Of a stretch of DNA of 64,000 nt, positions 10,239 to 20,244 are shown piece by piece. This DNA is from an uncultured Clostridia bacterium. GTDB taxonomy: Bacteria > Bacillota > Clostridia > TANB77 > CAG-508. Within the stretch, counting starts at the first letter, position 1. The number at the start of each line of letters is the position of its first letter. The notes under the pieces are model-generated. The model ran no database searches. It had not been told where the DNA came from and saw nothing but the letters and a program-made list of their open reading frames with translations. The stretch is from assembly GCA_934167685.1 (NCBI GenBank), contig CAKPLQ010000001.1, positions 2,624 through 66,623 on the forward strand, written 5' to 3'. The position numbers and the translations under genes were made by a program.

Positions 10239-10912
10239 TGGAACATAAAAAAGGAATATATGAAAATTACATAAAGAGAATATTGGACATTATTTTAAGC
10301 CTAGTTGCTTTGGCATGTTTATCTCCTATTTTATTGATTGTTGCAATTTTGGTAAGAGTAAGATTAGGTAGTCCAGTTCTTTTTAAACAGAAAAGACCTG
10401 GAAAGGATGAAAAGATTTTTACTTTATATAAGTTTAGAACTATGACGGATGAAAGAGATAAATCAGGTAATTTATTACCTGATTCTCAAAGATTGACTAA
10501 GTTTGGTAAGTTCTTGAGAAGTACTAGTTTGGACGAGTTGCCAGAATTGATTAATATTATTAAAGGCGATATGAGTATTGTGGGGCCAAGGCCACAACTT
10601 GTGAGAGATATGCTGTTTATGACTGATGAACAAAGAAAAAGACATTCTGTTAGACAAGGCTTAACAGGGCTTGCTCAAGTTAATGGAAGAAATAATATAA
10701 CTTGGGAAGATAAGCTTAATTATGATTTAGAGTACATACAAAATATAACATTTATTGGAGATTTAAAGATAATTCTAAAAACTGTTTTGAAAGTTTTTAG
10801 AAAAGATGATATAAATACTGATGGAATGGATACAGCAGAGGATTTGTGTGATTATCTGTTAAGAACTAAACAAATATCAGAAGAAGAATATAAAGAAAAG
10901 TTGAAAATATAA
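10235..10912 (+). CDS. undecaprenyl-phosphate sugar phosphotransferase, small PglC/WecP-like bacterial sugar transferase
   Basis: 225 aa. It has a single N-terminal transmembrane helix (RILDIILSLVALACLSPILLIVAIL) and the motifs KFRTM and DELPQLINIIKGDMSIVGPRP. Confidence 0.85.
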   Translation: MMEHKKGIYENYIKRILDIILSLVALACLSPILLIVAILVRVRLGSPVLFKQKRPGKDEKIFTLYKFRTMTDERDKSGNLLPDSQRLTKFGKFLRSTSLDELPELINIIKGDMSIVGPRPQLVRDMLFMTDEQRKRHSVRQGLTGLAQVNGRNNITWEDKLNYDLEYIQNITFIGDLKIILKTVLKVFRKDDINTDGMDTAEDLCDYLLRTKQISEEEYKEKLKI

Positions 10913-10925
10913 TTAGGGAGATAGA

Positions 10926-11717
10926 ATGGAAGAAGAGTTAGTATCGATTATAATGCCTTCATATAATACAGGAAAATTTATAGAAAAAACAATTAATTCT
11001 GTAATTAATCAAACATATAACAATTGGGAACTGATAATTGTTGATGATTGCTCAAATGATAATACAGACGAGATTGTAAAAAGTATTAATGATAGCAGAA
11101 TTGTTTACTTAAAAAATGAAAGAAATAGCGGAGCGGCTGTTAGTAGAAATAAAGCATTAAAAGAGGCTAAAGGAAGATGGATTGCATTTTTGGATAGTGA
11201 TGACTTATGGAAAAAAGATAAATTGCAAAAACAAATTGATTTTATGAAGGAAAACAATTATTGTTTTAGCTATACTAATTATATTGAAATTGATGAAAAT
11301 GATAATTCAAATGGAAAAATAATAACAGGGCCTAAAAGAATAACTAAAACAGCGATGTTTAATTATTGCTGGCCTGGTTGTTTGACTGTAATGTATGATG
11401 CAAAAAAAATTGGGTTAATCCAAATAGAAGATATAAAAAAGAATAATGATTATGCTATGTGGTTAAAGGTTTGCAAGAAAGCAGATTGCTATTTGCTAAA
11501 TGAAGAATTAGCTATGTATAGAAGAAGAAGCGGAAGCATAAGCAATCATAGTTATATAACATTAATTAAATGGCATTATAAATTATATAGAGAAGCTGAA
11601 CATCAGAATGTGATTTATAGTTTGTTTAATACTTGTAGGAATATGGTGTTTGGAATACATAAGAAGAAAAAATATTGTAATTTGTTTGATGTGGAGAAAA
11701 AAAGTGGAAAGAGATAA
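10926..11717 (+). CDS. glycosyltransferase family 2
   Basis: The N-terminus VSIIMPSYNTGKFIEKTINSVINQTY...IIVDDCSND and a DxD motif at DSDD are classic GT-A/GT2 features. Confidence 0.8.
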   Translation: MEEELVSIIMPSYNTGKFIEKTINSVINQTYNNWELIIVDDCSNDNTDEIVKSINDSRIVYLKNERNSGAAVSRNKALKEAKGRWIAFLDSDDLWKKDKLQKQIDFMKENNYCFSYTNYIEIDENDNSNGKIITGPKRITKTAMFNYCWPGCLTVMYDAKKIGLIQIEDIKKNNDYAMWLKVCKKADCYLLNEELAMYRRRSGSISNHSYITLIKWHYKLYREAEHQNVIYSLFNTCRNMVFGIHKKKKYCNLFDVEKKSGKR

Positions 11718-12597
11718 TATTTTATACAAAATTAGAAGAAAATGTCAAGTAATAGCACATAAAATTTTTAGTAATGAATTTATGTCCAAGCTGTATTTTA
11801 AAATTGTGTTGAGGGAAAAATTAGATTTAAAAAATCCAAAAACTTTCAATGAGAAATTGCAATGGCTAAAATTATATTATTATCCAAATAATGATTTAGT
11901 AATAAAGTGTGCTGATAAATATAGAGTTAGAGAATATATTAAAGAAAAAGGATATTATGATACATTAGTTCCATTAATTGGATGTTGGGAAAATACAAAA
12001 GAGATAAAATGGAATGATTTACCAAACCAATTTGTGTTAAAATGTAATCATGGCTGTGCATATAATATTATTTGTTATGATAAAGAAAAATTTGATAAAG
12101 AGAGTTCAATAAAATTGTTAGACAAGTGGATGAAGGAAGATTTTGGAGCATTTAATATTGAATTACATTATTCAAAAATAAAACAACATAGAATAATATG
12201 TGAAGAATTTTTGGGTGAAAATCTTGTGGATTACAAATTCTTTTGTTTTAATGGGCAAGTAAAATATATGTATGTTGCAAGCGATTCTCTTCATGATAGA
12301 CAATGTAAAATGGGATTTTTTAATTTAGATGGTTCAAAAATGGAGATACAAAGAGATGATTATGACAACATTGAAGAAATAACATTTCCAGAATTTTATA
12401 ATGAAATGCTGGATATGGCTCAAAATATCTGTAAAGATTTTATTTTTGTAAGAGTTGATTTTTTTGTAACTGAATATAAGTATTATTTCGCAGAATTGAC
12501 TTTTACACCAAGCGCTTGTATGATGCCATTTAATCCAAAGAATGTAGATTTGGAATGGGGAAAATTATTAAATATAAGTGATTTGACTAAAAAATAA
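11689..12597 (+). CDS. TupA-like ATP-grasp protein (PF14305 teichuronopeptide-type), paralog 1
   Basis: Carries the family-typical NPKTFNEKLQWLKLYY motif and an ATP-grasp-like C-terminal half. It is a paralog of 14263-15120. Start set at the first in-frame ATG (MWRKK) after the GT2 stop; the ORF track begins further upstream. Confidence 0.6.
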   Translation: MWRKKVERDNILYKIRRKCQVIAHKIFSNEFMSKLYFKIVLREKLDLKNPKTFNEKLQWLKLYYYPNNDLVIKCADKYRVREYIKEKGYYDTLVPLIGCWENTKEIKWNDLPNQFVLKCNHGCAYNIICYDKEKFDKESSIKLLDKWMKEDFGAFNIELHYSKIKQHRIICEEFLGENLVDYKFFCFNGQVKYMYVASDSLHDRQCKMGFFNLDGSKMEIQRDDYDNIEEITFPEFYNEMLDMAQNICKDFIFVRVDFFVTEYKYYFAELTFTPSACMMPFNPKNVDLEWGKLLNISDLTKK

Positions 12598-12609
12598 GGA
12601 GGAAGAGGT

Positions 12610-13134
12610 ATGGCAAAAATGAATATTAGTCCAAATAACTTTTGGATTAAGAAACTTATGGGCATTATACAACATTATGATTCAGATAAATATTGGAAAA
12701 GAAGAAAAATTGTTGTCAATCCTGCTGATAAAACAAATAAGCTAATCAAATTATATTACCTTTTCTATATAAAGAAATGTGATGCATACAACAATGCTTC
12801 AATGGGAACAGACTTAAATCAAGGAGCAATATTTGAAACAAGACCAGAATTACCACATGGGTTAAATGGAATTATTGTACATTTAAAAGCTCATATAGGA
12901 GCAAATGCAGTAATATGGCAACAAGTTACTATTGGTAGCTCTGGAGGTGGAACTCCATGGATTGGTGATAATTGTAAAATTGGTGCAGGAGCGAAAATTT
13001 TAGGCAAGATTAAAATAGGAAATAATGTTACAATTGGTGCAAACACAGTTGTAACCAAAGATATTCCGGATAATTGTACTGTGGTTGGTCAACAAATGAG
13101 AATACTTGAAAATAAAAATATTGATAAGAAATAA
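12610..13134 (+). CDS. hexapeptide-repeat (LbH) O-acetyltransferase (WcaB/CysE-like)
   Basis: 174 aa. Hexapeptide repeats run through GANAVIWQQVTIGSSGGGTPWIGDNCKIGAGAKILGKIKIGNNVTIGANTVV. RBS GGAGGAAGAGG. Confidence 0.8.
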   Translation: MAKMNISPNNFWIKKLMGIIQHYDSDKYWKRRKIVVNPADKTNKLIKLYYLFYIKKCDAYNNASMGTDLNQGAIFETRPELPHGLNGIIVHLKAHIGANAVIWQQVTIGSSGGGTPWIGDNCKIGAGAKILGKIKIGNNVTIGANTVVTKDIPDNCTVVGQQMRILENKNIDKK

Positions 13135-13171
13135 TAAATTAAGCATATATGTGAATTTAATGGAGGAGAAT

Positions 13172-14266
13172 ATGAATATTCTATATTTATCAAATTTGAC
13201 CGGAAATTTATTTGCAGGTCCTAATAATAGTGTTCCTGCACAAATAAGTGCACAATCTAAAATAGATAATGTTTTTTGGTATAATATAAATAATATAAAA
13301 AGAGATGAGTGGAAAGAATTAAATTGCTTTAATTTAAATGATTATCCCACAGGGAGGTTAAAAGATTTACCAGAACCATTTAATAAACCAGATATAATTG
13401 TTATTGAAGAATTTTACTGCTTTCCATTTTGCAAACTAATTTATGATGCAATTGAATGTAAAATTCCATATATTATTATTCCAAGAAGTGAATTAACAGA
13501 AAATGCCCAGAAAAAAAAGTATATTAAGAAATTTTTTGGAAATATAGTATATTTTAAAAAAATGGCTAAAAGAGCAGCTGCAATTCAGTTTTTATCTCTT
13601 CAGGAAAAGTTAGATACTAGTGAAAAATGGAACAAAAAATATATGATTATTCCAAATGGTGTTGAGATTTCTAACAATAAGAAAGAAGTATTTTCAAAAA
13701 ATGAAATTAAGGCTACATATATAGGACGATATGAGTTATATCAGAAAGGATTAGATATTTTGATAGATGCTATTGCAAATACTCAAGATATATTAAGACA
13801 AAATAATTTTATATTGAATATGTATGGAGTTGATCAAGAGGGGACAATAAAGATTATAGAAAAAAAAATAATAGAATATGGTATAAGTGATTTGGTAAAG
13901 ATTAATAGTGCTGTTTTTGGAGAGGAAAAGAAGAAGATTATCTTGGAATCTGATGTTTTTGTTTTAACATCAAGATTTGAAGGAATGCCAATGGGACTTA
14001 TTGAGGCATTATCATATGGTATTCCTTGCTTAGTGACAAAAGGTACTAATATGAGTGAAGATATTAATAGCTATAATGCAGGTTGGATTTCAGATAATAC
14101 AGTAGAAAACTTAAAAGATGCTATAAAAAAAATGTTAAAAGATAAAGAAAAATTAAAAATAATAGGCGATAATGCAAAAAAATTATCTTTAAAATATTCT
14201 TGGAAACAGATAGCAGAAAAAACACATAATGAATTCGAAAAAATTATTCTGGAGGAATTGAAATGA
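13172..14266 (+). CDS. glycosyltransferase family 4 (GT-B)
   Basis: The C-terminal EX7E-type motif ...SRFEGMPMGLIEALSYGIPCLVT... is present. Start chosen at MNILYL, 6 nt after GGAGGAG. Confidence 0.8.
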   Translation: MNILYLSNLTGNLFAGPNNSVPAQISAQSKIDNVFWYNINNIKRDEWKELNCFNLNDYPTGRLKDLPEPFNKPDIIVIEEFYCFPFCKLIYDAIECKIPYIIIPRSELTENAQKKKYIKKFFGNIVYFKKMAKRAAAIQFLSLQEKLDTSEKWNKKYMIIPNGVEISNNKKEVFSKNEIKATYIGRYELYQKGLDILIDAIANTQDILRQNNFILNMYGVDQEGTIKIIEKKIIEYGISDLVKINSAVFGEEKKKIILESDVFVLTSRFEGMPMGLIEALSYGIPCLVTKGTNMSEDINSYNAGWISDNTVENLKDAIKKMLKDKEKLKIIGDNAKKLSLKYSWKQIAEKTHNEFEKIILEELK

Positions 14267-15120
14267 ACATAATCAAAAATTTATTAAAGATATTACCAGA
14301 TAAGTTATATTTGCAGCTGATGTATTTTAAACATTTTAGAAAATTTATTAATTTTAATAATCCAAAAAGTTTTAACGAAAAAATTCAATTTTTAAAATTG
14401 AAATATAGAAGCAATGAACTTACAGAAATGGCTGATAAATATAAAGTTAAACAATATGTTTCTCAATTAATAGGAAATGAATATGTTATTCCAACATTAG
14501 GAGTTTGGAATACTACTGAGGAAATTAACTTTGATGAGCTTCCAGAAAAATTTGTTTTGAAGTGTAATAATGATTCTGGAGGAGTTGTCATATGTAAAGA
14601 CAAACAAGCTCTTAATATAGAAGAGACAAAAAAATTTTTAAACTCTCGCTTAAATAATAATGGATTTTGGTATGGAAGAGAATGGCCATATAAAAACATT
14701 AAGCCTTGTATAATTGCAGAAAAATATATGGAGAATAATGGTCAAAATGAATTAATTGATTATAAGTTTTTTTGTTTTAATGGTCAACCAAAAGTTGTTT
14801 TAGTGTGTTCAGAAAGATTTGCATCTAATAATATGTGCAAAACATATTTTGATGAAGATTGGAACTTATTAAATATAATGGAAGCTAATCACAGGACTGA
14901 TAAAGAACAAAAAAAACCACAAAGTTTTGAAAAGATGAAGACAATCTCTCAAAAATTAGCTAAAGATATGCCTTTTGTAAGAATTGATTTCTATGAAATT
15001 GAAGGTAAGCTATATTTTGGTGAAATAACATTTTTCCCAGCCTCAGGATTAGAAAAATTTAAACCAGAAAAATGGAATAACATATTTGGAGATATGATAG
15101 ATATTAGTAAATATAAATAA
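14263..15120 (+). CDS. TupA-like ATP-grasp protein (PF14305), paralog 2
   Basis: Has the NPKSFNEKIQFLKL motif and a C-terminal half collinear with the 11689 paralog (YKFFCFNGQ... conserved). Confidence 0.6.
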   Translation: MNIIKNLLKILPDKLYLQLMYFKHFRKFINFNNPKSFNEKIQFLKLKYRSNELTEMADKYKVKQYVSQLIGNEYVIPTLGVWNTTEEINFDELPEKFVLKCNNDSGGVVICKDKQALNIEETKKFLNSRLNNNGFWYGREWPYKNIKPCIIAEKYMENNGQNELIDYKFFCFNGQPKVVLVCSERFASNNMCKTYFDEDWNLLNIMEANHRTDKEQKKPQSFEKMKTISQKLAKDMPFVRIDFYEIEGKLYFGEITFFPASGLEKFKPEKWNNIFGDMIDISKYK

Positions 15121-15135
15121 AAGTATGGAGGATAT

Positions 15136-16233
15136 ATGAAAAAGAAAGTACTACATATTTCATGTGGTGGATTAGGATATGGTGGAGTTAGTTCAGTAAT
15201 ATTTTCAATTGTTGAAAAACTGTATTCTAGATTTGATTTTGAATGCATTGTTTTTAAAAAAAGATGTAATAGAGAAAAAGAATTTTTAAAATATGGAAAA
15301 TTGCATAGAATACAAGCATATAATGATGATGGAAAAAGACATTTAATGGAATTAATTTTAAGACCGTTTAGATTGTATATAAATATCTTTAAAATTTGTA
15401 AGAAAGAACAATATTATGTGGTACATGCTCATAATTACTTTGATGAAGGAATATGTCTATGGGCTGCTAAAAATGCTGGAGTTCCAATCAGAATTGCTCA
15501 TAGTCATAGTACAATGTCACCTCATAAAAAAAGATTCTTGGTTAAATTACAAGAAAAAATAAATAAATCAATGATAAAAAGATTTGCAACACATAGAATA
15601 GGATGTTCTGATGCTGCTTGCAAAGATTTTTTCGGTGATATAGAATATAATGTAATTTTCAACTCAGTAAATTTAGAAAAATTTGCCCCTAAAATGTCAA
15701 AGAATAATGAAGTTTTAACATTTATTCATGTTGGTAGGTATACATATCAAAAAAACCAAGAATTTGTTATAAAAATATTTTACAATATTAAGAAAAAAAT
15801 ATCAAAAAGTAGACTAATGCTTGTTGGGTTTGGAGAAGATAAAGAAAAATTAATTAAGTTGGTTAATGAATTAAACTTAAGTGAGTCAGTTTTTTTTATT
15901 CCCGGAGACAAAGGAGATATTTCGAGAGTTTACGATGAAGCAGATTATATGATTTTTCCTTCAATATATGAAGGATTTGGAATTGTTTTGTTGGAAGCTC
16001 AATCAAAAAGAATTCCATGCTTTGTTTCGGAAGCAATTCAAAAGGAAGTTGATGTAGGACTACTAAATTATATAAACTTAAGTGAGTCGGAAGAGGACTG
16101 GGCAGAGAAAATTTTATTATACATCAATAAGAAATGTAAAATTAATGACAACACAATATCAGAGAACTTAAAAAAATTTAGTATAAGTACAATATGTGAG
16201 CAATATGCTAACATATATGGAGGAAACATATGA
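15136..16233 (+). CDS. glycosyltransferase family 4 (GT-B)
   Basis: Has ...FPSIYEGFGIVLLEAQSKRIPCFVSE... (E-x7-E). RBS GGAGGATATATG. Confidence 0.8.
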   Translation: MKKKVLHISCGGLGYGGVSSVIFSIVEKLYSRFDFECIVFKKRCNREKEFLKYGKLHRIQAYNDDGKRHLMELILRPFRLYINIFKICKKEQYYVVHAHNYFDEGICLWAAKNAGVPIRIAHSHSTMSPHKKRFLVKLQEKINKSMIKRFATHRIGCSDAACKDFFGDIEYNVIFNSVNLEKFAPKMSKNNEVLTFIHVGRYTYQKNQEFVIKIFYNIKKKISKSRLMLVGFGEDKEKLIKLVNELNLSESVFFIPGDKGDISRVYDEADYMIFPSIYEGFGIVLLEAQSKRIPCFVSEAIQKEVDVGLLNYINLSESEEDWAEKILLYINKKCKINDNTISENLKKFSISTICEQYANIYGGNI

Positions 16234-17633
16234 AAAAAATTAAAGAACAAGGTTTTAGTAAATTAATATTTTTTATATTTGAGATATTTTCTATAATTTC
16301 TTGTATCACATGTATGATATTTATAAATATTGAAAATAAAATTTTTATAACATTATTGCCTTTTGGCTTTTTACTAATAACTTTGCTATTTTATAAAAAT
16401 TATAAAATTGCAAAAGATAATGTTACATTTTTAATAATTGAAACTTTATATTTTATAAGATTATCGCTTTTGCCTTTTTTATACTCTTTTAACTGTAATA
16501 TTCAATTGTTTGAGGGAAAAAAATATGTAGGCTCGTTTATAAATAAAAGTTGTTTATTAATGTTGTATGAATTTTTGGCTATACAATTTATAATATACTT
16601 ACATATATATTTAAAAAATATTAATAAAATCAAAGTTGTATATTCAAGAGTTAAAGGAGACATAAGTAAGTTTCTTATTATTGGAATTAGTTGTTTTATT
16701 ATAATAATATATATTTTCATGCCACAATATTCTGCAAAGTTTAAAAATATTTTTGATTTATCAGATACAAATTTTACAATTGCAGAGTCTAATATAACAT
16801 ATCAAATAGGAACAGTAGGAAGGATTATAAAAACACTTTTTTCGATGTGTTTTCAAATTCTTAGAATACTGTTTCCAGCATATATTATTAGAAAGTTATA
16901 TGAAAAAAAGTCAAATTCAAAATGGATTATGGTAACATTATTAATAGCTTGTCTAACACAATTTTTATTTTTAACATCTACCTTTGCGGAAGCAATAGTA
17001 GCATGTTTAGCAATTATTTTATATTATATACATTTATTCCCAGAAAAAAGGAAGAAAATGTTTACTTTAGTTATAATATGCACATTAGGAATAATGATAC
17101 TTTATTTTTCGGTTAGATATTTTGTAAAAATAGATACGAGCTTATATAGTAAATCAAATGGTCCAATATTATATATGACACAAATAATTAGTGCATATTT
17201 TACTGGTGTTGATAATGTAGCAGCAATCTTTAATGTTGATAAGTCATTTAAACTAGAGGCTTTTAAAGCTGGATTACTAGGAGCAATTCCATTTAATTCA
17301 ACGTTGTTTGGAAATAGAGGAAATAAACTACAATATTTTTATAATAATTATAATGGAGCTTATGGACAAATTCCACCTACAATAGGTGCAGGGTATTATT
17401 ATTTCGGAACATTTTTGGCTCCAATAATATCAATGCTCTTTGTAAAATTAAGCTTAGTATATTATGATAAAGCACAAAAGACTGATAAATCAATAAAATA
17501 TATTGCTGAAATTTTTTGCAGCATAATTTTTGCACTAGGAACAGTTATGTACAGCCCGTCAATTACTTTAGCATGGTTTTTTTGTTGGGGAATACCTATG
17601 CTAATTTTGACATCATTCACTGGTGAAAAGTAA
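16230..17633 (+). CDS. Wzy-type oligosaccharide repeat-unit polymerase (polytopic membrane protein)
   Basis: 467 aa with about 10-12 predicted transmembrane helices and a large extracytoplasmic loop. Its position between the GTs and wzx is typical of wzy. No conserved catalytic motifs. Confidence 0.55.
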   Translation: MKKIKEQGFSKLIFFIFEIFSIISCITCMIFINIENKIFITLLPFGFLLITLLFYKNYKIAKDNVTFLIIETLYFIRLSLLPFLYSFNCNIQLFEGKKYVGSFINKSCLLMLYEFLAIQFIIYLHIYLKNINKIKVVYSRVKGDISKFLIIGISCFIIIIYIFMPQYSAKFKNIFDLSDTNFTIAESNITYQIGTVGRIIKTLFSMCFQILRILFPAYIIRKLYEKKSNSKWIMVTLLIACLTQFLFLTSTFAEAIVACLAIILYYIHLFPEKRKKMFTLVIICTLGIMILYFSVRYFVKIDTSLYSKSNGPILYMTQIISAYFTGVDNVAAIFNVDKSFKLEAFKAGLLGAIPFNSTLFGNRGNKLQYFYNNYNGAYGQIPPTIGAGYYYFGTFLAPIISMLFVKLSLVYYDKAQKTDKSIKYIAEIFCSIIFALGTVMYSPSITLAWFFCWGIPMLILTSFTGEK

Positions 17634-17646
17634 CAAGGAGGACTAC

Positions 17647-19158
17647 GTGAAAAAAGTTTTAAAGAATATATTTGCAAGTGCACTACCTCAAATAATGAAT
17701 ATAATAACCAATTTAATACTTCCATCAATGATAATTATGAGATTCGGGTCGGAGATTAATGGATTAATTTCTTCAATAAAAGTAATTATTTCATATGTTA
17801 GTATTATTGGAGCTGGTATAGCAACGGCTACAACACAAAAACTATATGAACCAGTTGCAAAAAATGATATAGATACAGTAAAAGGAATGATAAATGCATC
17901 TAATAGAATGTTTAATAAATTTGGTTTTATGTACTGCCTTATAGTATTAGTTGTTGCCATTTTATATCCGCTTTCTTTAGAAACTGATATAGAATATATA
18001 ACTATAGTTTTATTAATGCTAGTAATGAGTATTTCAGGAGCATCAGAATTTTTTGCAGTAGGAAGATGTCGTTCATTATTATATGCTAATCAAAAAACTT
18101 ATGTGTGTACTACAGTACAAGCATTAAGTATATTTATTAGTCTTGTATTAGCAATATTTATGTTAAAATTTAATATGAATATTATAATAGTTCAATTGGC
18201 AATTTCTTTAGTATATGTTTTTAGAGCAATATTCTTGCTTGGATATATAAAAACAAATTATCCTGATTTATCAGATTATAAAAAGACAAAACCAATAAAT
18301 TCAGTTGTAGAAAAAAGAAAAGATGCTATGGTTCATCAACTTTCAGGTTTAGTAGTATCTGGTTCTCAGGCAACAATACTTACTGCAACATTAGGATTAG
18401 AAGCTGCTAGTGTTTATGCCGTTTATAATATTATATTTTCAGGGCTTCAATCAATTTGTTCTAATTTAATAACGGCACTCACACCTTTTCTTGGAAGAGA
18501 GTATGCTCTTAACAATCGAGAAAAATTACTAAAGATGTATGACTTTATAGAATTTATGTTTTTTAATATAGTAACTTTTATCTATTCAGTTACAATGCTT
18601 ATGATAGTTCCGTTTGTAACTATTTATACATATAATGCAGATATAAACTATATTTATCCAATATTTGCAGTTATTTTTGTATATACATCGGCTTTTTATA
18701 TTTTAAAAATGCCAAGTAATGCATTGATTAATATATCGGGGCATTTTAAAGAAACACGATGGAGAGCCATACTGGAAGCAATATTAACATTAGTATTAAG
18801 TTTTATATTTATCCAAAAGATGGGAATCAATGGAGTAGTATTGGGGACAGGTATTGCATTAGGATGGAGATGTATAGATACAATATTATATACTAATAAA
18901 AAAATATTACTTTGCAAAAATGATAAAACCTTTTTTAGATTAATAAGAGTTTTTATATTATTGAGTATTACAGCATACATTTCATTGAAGTTCCAAATAG
19001 AAATAACAAGTCTAATAGAATGGAGCAAATATGCTATAATTTATTCTATAGTAATTTTTGTTTTTTTAACAATTAATATTGTAATTTTTGACTCTTTTAC
19101 ATTGAAAGAATTATCAAAAATAATAAAAAAATTTATCAATAACAGAAAGAAATTATAA
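17647..19158 (+). CDS. Wzx flippase (MOP-superfamily polysaccharide biosynthesis protein)
   Basis: About 500 aa with 12-14 transmembrane helices. The N-terminal ...KKVLKNIFASALPQIMNIITNLILPSMIIMRFGSEINGLIS is typical of PF01943. Start chosen at a GTG 4 nt after AAGGAGGA; the ORF track begins 24 nt upstream inside wzy. Confidence 0.75.
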   Translation: MKKVLKNIFASALPQIMNIITNLILPSMIIMRFGSEINGLISSIKVIISYVSIIGAGIATATTQKLYEPVAKNDIDTVKGMINASNRMFNKFGFMYCLIVLVVAILYPLSLETDIEYITIVLLMLVMSISGASEFFAVGRCRSLLYANQKTYVCTTVQALSIFISLVLAIFMLKFNMNIIIVQLAISLVYVFRAIFLLGYIKTNYPDLSDYKKTKPINSVVEKRKDAMVHQLSGLVVSGSQATILTATLGLEAASVYAVYNIIFSGLQSICSNLITALTPFLGREYALNNREKLLKMYDFIEFMFFNIVTFIYSVTMLMIVPFVTIYTYNADINYIYPIFAVIFVYTSAFYILKMPSNALINISGHFKETRWRAILEAILTLVLSFIFIQKMGINGVVLGTGIALGWRCIDTILYTNKKILLCKNDKTFFRLIRVFILLSITAYISLKFQIEITSLIEWSKYAIIYSIVIFVFLTINIVIFDSFTLKELSKIIKKFINNRKKL

Positions 19159-19191
19159 TTTTATTAATTAATTATAGAAAGAGAGAATATA

Positions 19192-20220
19192 ATGAAAAAA
19201 TATTTTATCACAGGCATAGCCGGTTTTATCGGCTCAAACCTTGCAAAAAGAATTTTAGAAGAAGAAAAAGACGTTCAAGTCATAGGACTAGACAACATGA
19301 ACGAATACTATGATATAAAAATAAAAGAATGGAGACTAGCTGAATTAAATAAATTTGATAACTTCAAATTTATAAAAGGAGATTTATCAGACAAAGAAAC
19401 AGTAGAAAATATATTCAAAAAATATCATCCAGAAATAGTAGTAAACTTAGCAGCACAAGCAGGAGTTCGTTATAGTATTACAAATCCAGATGCATATATT
19501 CAATCAAATTTAATAGGATTTTATAATATATTAGAATGTTGTAGACATTATCCAGTAGAGCATTTAGTATATGCATCAAGTTCATCTGTATATGGAAGTA
19601 ATAAAAAAGTACCATATTCAACAGATGACAAAGTGGACAATCCTGTATCATTATATGCTGCAACAAAAAAATCAAATGAACTTATGGCACATAGCTATTC
19701 AAAATTGTACAATATACCATCAACAGGATTAAGATTTTTTACAGTATATGGACCAGCGGGAAGACCAGACATGGCATATTTTGGTTTTACTAATAAATTA
19801 ATTAAAGGCGAAACAATTAAAATATTTAATTATGGAAATTGTAAAAGAGATTTTACATACATAGATGATATTGTTGAAGGTGTTATGCGTGTTATGAAAA
19901 AGGCTCCAGAAAAGAAAAAAGGAGAAGATGGATTACCAATTCCACCATATAAAATATATAACATAGGAAATAGCAGTCCAGAAAATTTGTTGGATTTTGT
20001 GCAAATATTACAAGAAGAACTAATAAGAGCAGGGGTATTACCAAAAGATTATGACTTTGAAGCACATAAGGAATTAGTACCAATGCAACCAGGTGATGTG
20101 CCTGTAACTTATGCAGATACCAAACCTTTAGAAGAGGATTTTGGATTTAGACCTAATACACCATTAAGAGAAGGTTTAAGAAAATTTGCTGAATGGTATA
20201 AAGAGTTTTATATGCAGTAA
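19192..20220 (+). CDS. NAD-dependent epimerase, UDP-glucuronate 4-epimerase-like (CapI/Gla/WbnF family)
   Basis: Has a Rossmann motif GIAGFIGSNL, the active-site motif YAATKKSNE (YxxxK) and the motif FFTVYGPAGRPDMA characteristic of UDP-GlcA 4-epimerases. Confidence 0.7.
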   Translation: MKKYFITGIAGFIGSNLAKRILEEEKDVQVIGLDNMNEYYDIKIKEWRLAELNKFDNFKFIKGDLSDKETVENIFKKYHPEIVVNLAAQAGVRYSITNPDAYIQSNLIGFYNILECCRHYPVEHLVYASSSSVYGSNKKVPYSTDDKVDNPVSLYAATKKSNELMAHSYSKLYNIPSTGLRFFTVYGPAGRPDMAYFGFTNKLIKGETIKIFNYGNCKRDFTYIDDIVEGVMRVMKKAPEKKKGEDGLPIPPYKIYNIGNSSPENLLDFVQILQEELIRAGVLPKDYDFEAHKELVPMQPGDVPVTYADTKPLEEDFGFRPNTPLREGLRKFAEWYKEFYMQ

Positions 20221-20244
20221 TGTTTTAAATAGGAGGTGTCTAAC

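Noticed and set aside
11650-11688. Upstream extension of the TupA-like ORF overlapping the GT2 gene by 68 nt
   Set aside because: The first in-frame ATG after the GT2 stop lies at 11689. The long overlap is unlikely.
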